A stretch of 20,000 bases of DNA from an uncultured virus (IMG/VR IMGVR_UViG_3300020042_006808) (taxonomy: Duplodnaviria > Heunggongvirae > Uroviricota > Caudoviricetes > Crassvirales). Position 1 is the stretch's first letter. Each line of letters begins with the position of its first letter. The position numbers were made by a program, and so were the translations under genes. Positions 1 through 4,830 of this stretch are shown one piece after another. The notes below the pieces were generated by a model. That model ran no database searches and was not told where the DNA came from. It was given only the letters and a program-made list of their open reading frames with translations. The DNA lies in the IMG/VR virus record IMGVR_UViG_3300020042_006808; one strand, written 5' to 3'.

Positions 1-5
1 TTGCA

Positions 6-37
6 CTTGCATAAGTCTATTTCTCGTATTAAGTTAG
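6..37 (+). promoter_or_regulatory. Putative Bacteroidota sigma-A-type promoter (early arm)
   Basis: CTTG (6-9), 20-nt spacer, TAAGTTAG (30-37). Matches the Bacteroidota consensus TTTG-N19-21-TAnnTTTG with one mismatch in each element, and lies upstream of a long + strand gene run. Confidence 0.55.
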
Positions 38-62
38 CATATCATTAGTTCAACAACAAATT

Positions 63-88
63 GGGAGTACTCTCTAGGGGGTACTCCC
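63..88 (+). other. Strong GC-rich leader hairpin
   Basis: GGGAGTAC (63-70) pairs perfectly with GTACTCCC (81-88), extended by TCT/GGG around a CTAG loop. No U-tract follows, so it is not a classic terminator. Confidence 0.7.
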
Positions 89-139
89 TCAGTACATGGG
101 TGTGTGCCCATGCCGATGATTCCTAAAGGATGAAACTGA
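89..139 (+). ncRNA. Type III hammerhead ribozyme (variant core)
   Basis: Stem III TCAGT(89-93)/ACTGA(135-139); NUH triplet GTA (92-94); stem I CATGGG(95-100)/CCCATG(107-112); core CCGATGA (113-119, consensus CUGAnGA); stem II TCC-TAAA-GGA (121-130); GAAA (132-135). Confidence 0.75.
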
Positions 140-161
140 AACCCAAAAAACAATTTACAAC

Positions 162-437
162 ATGAAAAAAGAAATCATTTTCGACCACGATGCCAAGTCC
201 CTAGCGGGGGCACTTGGTGTTGAACCTCATGCATTTGCGAGCCAACTAGCAGCCGTGATGGCTATCTACGATGCCGTTAATGAGACTAAAGTCAGCAAAC
301 TAAGTGCTTTAGTACACTCATGCATCGACTACAAGATTATTTTATTAATGGCGACAACCCAACTTGTTGGTGTTGTTGAGCAGTTCAACAACTCAAATGA
401 CATTGATGAGTTGTTTGGCACTCTCTCACAAAACTAG
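162..437 (+). CDS. Hypothetical phage protein (91 aa)
   Basis: ATG in A-rich context (TTTACAACATG); first gene after the leader. Confidence 0.75.
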   Translation: MKKEIIFDHDAKSLAGALGVEPHAFASQLAAVMAIYDAVNETKVSKLSALVHSCIDYKIILLMATTQLVGVVEQFNNSNDIDELFGTLSQN

Positions 438-439
438 CC

Positions 440-577
440 ATGAGTCGGTTCATGTCAATTGCATGGGAGTTGGCCAAATTCTTTTTTGTGTCAGTACCCT
501 TGGCCATTGTGGTTTACATTGTGTTGCACATTGGCTTTGTATTTTACATCATTTATAAACAAATAAAATCCTTATGA
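440..577 (+). CDS. Small putative single-pass membrane protein (45 aa; not in ORF track)
   Basis: Manual translation MSRFMSIAWELAKFFFVSVPLAIVVYIVLHIGFVFYIIYKQIKSL. Starts 2 nt after the previous stop and ends in an ATGA overlap with the gene at 574. Long hydrophobic stretch followed by lysines. Confidence 0.7.
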   Translation: MSRFMSIAWELAKFFFVSVPLAIVVYIVLHIGFVFYIIYKQIKSL

Positions 578-798
578 AAGCATTCGAAATTAACACCACG
601 GCATGGGATGAGGAGAACTTTATCCTATTCACAAACTTGACCGATAGTCAAATAAAAAAAATAATCGAGCCAATCGTATTTTACGAGCGGGAGGGCGGTG
701 ACGAGTACACCAATGACTCACTAGTTGACGCACTCATAGATGCCTATCCAGATAATCAAATTTATTCTTACACAACACCTAAACGAATTGAAATATGA
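574..798 (+). CDS. Hypothetical acidic phage protein (74 aa)
   Basis: ORF with ATGA overlaps at both ends. Confidence 0.75.
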   Translation: MKAFEINTTAWDEENFILFTNLTDSQIKKIIEPIVFYEREGGDEYTNDSLVDALIDAYPDNQIYSYTTPKRIEI

Positions 799-959
799 AA
801 ATCACAATTGAGGTAGATGTGCCTGAAGACATGGACTTGGAGCATACCTTAGAGTGTGTCACAGACGCTCTCTTTTTTTCTGACTGCGTAACATCAAAGG
901 AAGAGAATTTTGTAATTGAATTAATTCAAGAACTTCAAAAACAATTAAACAAAAGTTAA
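795..959 (+). CDS. Hypothetical protein (54 aa; not in ORF track)
   Basis: Manual translation MKITIEVDVPEDMDLEHTLECVTDALFFSDCVTSKEENFVIELIQELQKQLNKS. ATGA overlap with the upstream stop; fills the gap before 973. Confidence 0.7.
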   Translation: MKITIEVDVPEDMDLEHTLECVTDALFFSDCVTSKEENFVIELIQELQKQLNKS

Positions 960-972
960 TCAAATTAAAACT

Positions 973-1215
973 ATGGAAAATTTCAAAGATTGGCAAGACT
1001 CTGGTCGTTGCTACACCAGAAAACACTTTCTATCCCTTTTCCCGACAGCTGAATTGCTAGGAGCTTGTGATGAGGTGATGCTATACGATGGTGATTACTA
1101 CATTCAAGGCTTGTTTGGTGGCTCGTACTACTTTAGCAACACGAATCGGAGTAAGCACATTGAGGAGGTGGAGAAAAATTTATTTTTGGAAAAAGTCATG
1201 CAAAAGATAGACTAG
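973..1215 (+). CDS. Hypothetical phage protein (80 aa)
   Basis: ORF with A-rich start (AAATTAAAACTATG) in a colinear gene run. Confidence 0.75.
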   Translation: MENFKDWQDSGRCYTRKHFLSLFPTAELLGACDEVMLYDGDYYIQGLFGGSYYFSNTNRSKHIEEVEKNLFLEKVMQKID

Positions 1216-1259
1216 TATTAAACATTTTATTATCTTTACAATTCATTAAATAAAATAAA

Positions 1260-1562
1260 ATGAAACAAGACGTTTTTAATCAATACGTGGACAGGGTCAT
1301 TGACCTCTTTGGGATAACCAAGGAGGCTTTCTTTTCCAAAACAAAGAAGCGAGAGGTAGTCGATGCTAGGCAATTGATTTACTACCTGTGTGCCAAGAGG
1401 CCGATGCAAATAACTTACATCGAAAGGTACATGAATGATGCAGGGTACGAAATCAAGCACTCGTCAATCATCCATGGCATATCTGCTGTAGAGAAAAGAA
1501 TAGCAGAAGACAAGGACTATGTGTCCGTAATTAAAGAAGTAGAAAGAGCAGTTTTTATCTAG
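1260..1562 (+). CDS. Stand-alone DnaA C-terminal (domain IV, HTH)-like DNA-binding protein
   Basis: FSKTKKREVVDARQLIYYL...KHSSIIHGISAVE parallels the DnaA domain IV pattern (SxxRxRxxxxARQIAMYL...DHTTVLHA). No AAA+ domain. Confidence 0.75.
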   Translation: MKQDVFNQYVDRVIDLFGITKEAFFSKTKKREVVDARQLIYYLCAKRPMQITYIERYMNDAGYEIKHSSIIHGISAVEKRIAEDKDYVSVIKEVERAVFI

Positions 1563-1570
1563 GAATCAAT

Positions 1571-1831
1571 ATGTATAGTTCAGAAGAGTTTTACGATGAG
1601 ATATTTGAGTTCACCTACGATGACTCAGACTACGTCTGGAAGGGCGACTACAGGGTCGAGTCCTATGATGAGGATGGAGACTACGACACTCCTCCTAGTG
1701 GCGAAACAAAGGTTAAGCTAATTCATACTACCGAGTTGCTTAAAACAAATGATGAGGGCGAGTACGAGAACATTGTACTTGACCATGATTTGAAGTACGT
1801 TATTACAGAACACATTAAAGAATCACTTTAA
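1571..1831 (+). CDS. Hypothetical highly acidic protein (86 aa)
   Basis: Very D/E/Y-rich ORF in a colinear gene run. Confidence 0.7.
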   Translation: MYSSEEFYDEIFEFTYDDSDYVWKGDYRVESYDEDGDYDTPPSGETKVKLIHTTELLKTNDEGEYENIVLDHDLKYVITEHIKESL

Positions 1832-1844
1832 CACCCCAAACAAA

Positions 1845-2468
1845 ATGGAAAAGAAAAAATCAGTATTCGACAGGCTAAGTGCCATCAACGTCAACGACCA
1901 CGTTGAAAAGAAAAGTAACCTTACCTACCTATCATGGGCATGGGCATGGTCAGTAACAAAGAAGGAGTGCCCTGATGCGACTTACAAAATTTTGCCTACA
2001 GATTACGATGAGGCACTTGGGTTCATGTGTCAGACAGAGGTGACCATCGAGGGCGAGACGCTAGGTATGTGGCTTCCTGTCATGGACGGAGCGAACAGGT
2101 CTATGAAGAAGACTGAGTACACTGGTAAGTACGGAAAGATAGTTGATGGAGCTACTACGTTCGACATCAACAAGACCATCATGCGTTGCTTGGTAAAGAA
2201 CCTAGCCATGTTTGGCTTGGGTATCTACATCTATGCAGGTGAGGACGTTCCTGAGGCAGAGACATCAACACCTACACCTGCTCCTGCAAAGGCCAAGGTT
2301 AGCACAGGGCTAATTGATTTGGAGGTTGGTGATGAGAATTGGAACGGAGTTATTAAGTATGCCAAGGACAACAAAGATTTGGGCATCAGTAAGATTGGTC
2401 AGCAGTTGAGCAGGAAGTACAACATGAGCAATGAAGTGAAACAAGCAATCGTTAACCTTATAAAGTAA
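1845..2468 (+). CDS. Single-strand annealing protein, Sak/Rad52-like (DUF1071 family)
   Basis: VEKKSNLTYLSWAWAW, MWLPVMDGAN, DINKTIMRCLVKNLAMFGLGIYIYAGED are characteristic of DUF1071/Sak-type SSAPs. Pro/Ala linker and helical C-terminal domain follow. Confidence 0.85.
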   Translation: MEKKKSVFDRLSAINVNDHVEKKSNLTYLSWAWAWSVTKKECPDATYKILPTDYDEALGFMCQTEVTIEGETLGMWLPVMDGANRSMKKTEYTGKYGKIVDGATTFDINKTIMRCLVKNLAMFGLGIYIYAGEDVPEAETSTPTPAPAKAKVSTGLIDLEVGDENWNGVIKYAKDNKDLGISKIGQQLSRKYNMSNEVKQAIVNLIK

Positions 2469-3238
2469 TGAAAAACCTATTGGAGACTATTGACCTTACA
2501 GCGGAGCCAAATATCTTGGCTCTGCTTAATGACGACAAGGAGTACTACAGCGGTATTGGAAAGAACTATCTGTCCAACTCGGACATAGGCACGTTACTTA
2601 ATAATCCAAAGGATTTCGGTAAGCCTAGAGAAGACAACAAGGCTTTCATGGATGGCAGATACTTTCACCAATTGATTTTGGAGCCTGAGAAAGCAGAGAA
2701 TACTCCATTCGTGGACGTGAGTACACGGAACACCAAGGAGTACAAGAACTACTGCGAGACAAACAATCTCCCGTTCTGTATGCTAAAGAAGGAGCAGGAG
2801 GAGGTTCAGCATCTAGTTAATATCATCAAGGGTAATATCACGTTCTACGATGAGATTTTTCGAGAAGGCAATCAGTACGAGGTTCCTGCTGTTGGAATGA
2901 TTCAGGGCATGATGTGGAAGGGTAAGGCAGACATTGTTGGTTGGGACTTCTTGATTGACCTAAAGACCACTGGTGACATTCAGAAATTTAAATGGTCAGC
3001 CAAGGCATACAACTACGATTCTCAGTGCTATATTTATCAGTATCTATTTGGAAAGCCTTTGGTGTTCTACGTAATTGATAAGGTCACAGGTGTGTTGGGT
3101 GTTTTTAAGCCCACCATGGACTTTATTGACTCAGGTGAGGCCAAGGTATCCAAGGCCATAGAAGTCTTCTCTAAGTACTTCGGAAACACTCCTACGGACA
3201 ACATCGAGAACTACTTCATAGACGAGTTCTTAATGTAA
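2468..3238 (+). CDS. PD-(D/E)XK recombination exonuclease (RecE/DUF3799-like)
   Basis: LSNSDI, GRYFH, E...KGKAD...IDLKTT and YDSQCYIY motifs. Translationally coupled (TAATG) to the SSAP gene. Confidence 0.85.
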   Translation: MKNLLETIDLTAEPNILALLNDDKEYYSGIGKNYLSNSDIGTLLNNPKDFGKPREDNKAFMDGRYFHQLILEPEKAENTPFVDVSTRNTKEYKNYCETNNLPFCMLKKEQEEVQHLVNIIKGNITFYDEIFREGNQYEVPAVGMIQGMMWKGKADIVGWDFLIDLKTTGDIQKFKWSAKAYNYDSQCYIYQYLFGKPLVFYVIDKVTGVLGVFKPTMDFIDSGEAKVSKAIEVFSKYFGNTPTDNIENYFIDEFLM

Positions 3239-3287
3239 GGTTAGGTTAATAAAATTAAGTGATGACAGCTCGGAAAGACGGGCACAT

Positions 3288-3408
3288 AGTCAGGTGGCGG
3301 AATTGGTAGACGCACTCAATATAGGGCATAACAATCAGGGTCGTGGGAGGTTGAGCTGCTCCTATGGCTGAAGGCTCACAAATGCAGGTTCGAATCCTGT
3401 CCTGACTA
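3288..3408 (+). tRNA. tRNA-Leu-like RNA with expanded anticodon/variable region (121 nt, no encoded CCA)
   Basis: Acceptor AGTCAGG(3288-3294)/CCTGACT(3401-3407) plus discriminator A; Leu-type D arm GCGGAATTGGTAGACGC; T arm GCAGG-TTCGAAT-CCTGT. Possible anticodon stem CTCAA/TTGAG encloses 31 nt instead of 7. Functionality uncertain. Confidence 0.6.
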
Positions 3409-3464
3409 CTAGTGCCTATAAAGACACTTACTTCTGGGAGGAGTTATATAACCCACACTAATTT

Positions 3465-4262
3465 ATGTTTGATTTAAAAAATGAACCAATGGTGAAAAAC
3501 AGTAACCAAGTTCACACAACAACAGATTACTTCCTATTCAAGCCAATAGAAGGTAATAGGAAAAAAAATCTGCTACATCTTAACAGATTAAAAAGGTCAA
3601 TTATTGAGAATTATTTGTTTACAATTATTATTGTAAATGAAAAATATGAGATAATTGATGGGAATCACAGGTTTAGTATCATTCAAGAACTAAAATTGCC
3701 ATTAAACTACATCATCTGTCATGGTTATGGTCTTTCGGAAGTTCATATACTTAATCAAAATGCAAAGACTTGGAACGCTGATGATTACTTAGAGGGATAT
3801 TGCGGATTAGGATATGAAGACTACATTAAGTATTCTGAATTTAAAAAAAGATATGGCATTGGTCATCTTGAATGTATGACTATATTGGGAGGCTATACAA
3901 TCAACATGGGAGTCGATAGAACGAAGATATTTTTTAGGGGAGAGTTTAAGATTAAAGACTATCAAAAAGGTTGTGATGTTGCTGATAAGATTGAAATTAT
4001 TGGCAAATACTATGCAAACTACAGAAGAAGAAGTTTTGTTTATGCTATACTTGGACTCTTAAAAAATAAAAACTTTGAATACACTGAGTTTATACAAAAA
4101 CTAAAAATACAACCTACAGCACTTGAAGACTGTACAAATACAAGCCAATATATTGGGTTGATTGAGGAAATTTACAACTATCGAAGACGTATAAAAGTAA
4201 ATTTGAGGTATTCATTTTTTGATAGTACCTATACTGATATTGACACCGATACTGACTCTTAA
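3465..4262 (+). CDS. ParB/sulfiredoxin-like N-terminal domain protein
   Basis: IIIVNEKYEIIDGNHRF is the ParB-type IDGxHR motif. Visibly more AT-rich than its neighbours. The start could be 3489. Confidence 0.75.
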   Translation: MFDLKNEPMVKNSNQVHTTTDYFLFKPIEGNRKKNLLHLNRLKRSIIENYLFTIIIVNEKYEIIDGNHRFSIIQELKLPLNYIICHGYGLSEVHILNQNAKTWNADDYLEGYCGLGYEDYIKYSEFKKRYGIGHLECMTILGGYTINMGVDRTKIFFRGEFKIKDYQKGCDVADKIEIIGKYYANYRRRSFVYAILGLLKNKNFEYTEFIQKLKIQPTALEDCTNTSQYIGLIEEIYNYRRRIKVNLRYSFFDSTYTDIDTDTDS

Positions 4263-4304
4263 CTTAGTCCTAAAAGTTAATGGTTAGATAAAATAGATTA
4301 GGAC
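4259..4304 (+). promoter_or_regulatory. H-type RNA pseudoknot in the ssb leader (putative translational operator)
   Basis: S1 TTAACTT(4259-4265)/AAGTTAA(4274-4280); L1 a single A (4266); S2 GTCCTAA(4267-4273)/TTAGGAC(4298-4304). All 14 pairs are Watson-Crick. Ends 21 nt before the ssb ATG. Confidence 0.6.
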
Positions 4305-4325
4305 AATAAATAAATTAAAAACACA

Positions 4326-4619
4326 ATGGCAAACGAAGAAAAAATCTTTGCAGACGGTTTCTCCTTCAAGAGAAACGAAAAGGCTCCTGAATTTGTAGTA
4401 GGGAGACTATCTTTAAAAGTTGATGATGCAGTTTTATTCCTAAAGGCGCATCAGAAGAACGGCTGGGTCAACCTTAACGTGAAGACCGCTCGTAGCGGTA
4501 ACCATTACGTTGAGCTAGACACCTACGAGGCTCCTACAGGAGGAAAGCCAACAGAAGTACAGGCAAAGCCTGAACCTGTGGTATATGAGCCTGTAGACGA
4601 TGGTGAGCTACCATTCTAA
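4326..4619 (+). CDS. ssb: Single-stranded DNA-binding protein (small phage type)
   Basis: Short beta-rich core, Pro-rich linker and acidic SSB tail DDGELPF. Lies near the SSAP/exonuclease and primase genes. Confidence 0.75.
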   Translation: MANEEKIFADGFSFKRNEKAPEFVVGRLSLKVDDAVLFLKAHQKNGWVNLNVKTARSGNHYVELDTYEAPTGGKPTEVQAKPEPVVYEPVDDGELPF

Positions 4620-4630
4620 TGGAGTTAAAT

Positions 4631-4658
4631 AGGGGGAGACAATCTCTCCCTTTTTTTT
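4631..4658 (+). terminator. Rho-independent terminator
   Basis: GGGGGAGA-CAA-TCTCTCCC stem followed by T8, 11 nt after the ssb stop. Confidence 0.85.
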
Positions 4659-4664
4659 GGCCTT

Positions 4665-4820
4665 TGTTCCTGACGAAAATGTCAAAAAAATTTCTCCTAT
4701 TCTCTGTATATATAATTTCTATTCTTTTATTTTTTTTTTAATTAAAATTTAAGAAGAAAATCGACATTATTGACAGTAGTTTGATAATCAGTACTTTAAA
4801 CGACATAAAATCGACACCCA
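4665..4820. other. Putative replication origin (AT-rich core flanked by short repeats)
   Basis: Extremely AT-rich core at about 4705-4760. AAAATCGACA at 4757-4766 and 4807-4816, AAACGACA at 4798-4805, TGACA/TGTCA copies, palindrome TGATAATCA at 4782-4790. Directly upstream of the primase-helicase. Confidence 0.5.
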
Positions 4821-4830
4821 TTTAACATTT

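Noticed and set aside
63..88. Leader hairpin as an intrinsic terminator or CRISPR repeat
   Set aside because: No U-tract on either side and only one copy; no repeat-spacer array is seen in the window.
364..558. 64-aa ORF from the track
   Set aside because: Non-ATG start overlapping 162-437; the alternative frame 440-577 fits better, with an ATG and an ATGA coupling.
1207..1238. Second Bacteroidota-type promoter (TATCTTTA at 1231-1238)
   Set aside because: The -7 element is plausible but the -33 position reads ATAG; too weak to call.
3409..3464. HDV-like (theta) ribozyme after the tRNA-like gene
   Set aside because: Only short weak hairpins are present; I could not build the nested double pseudoknot or find the L3/P1.1 motif.
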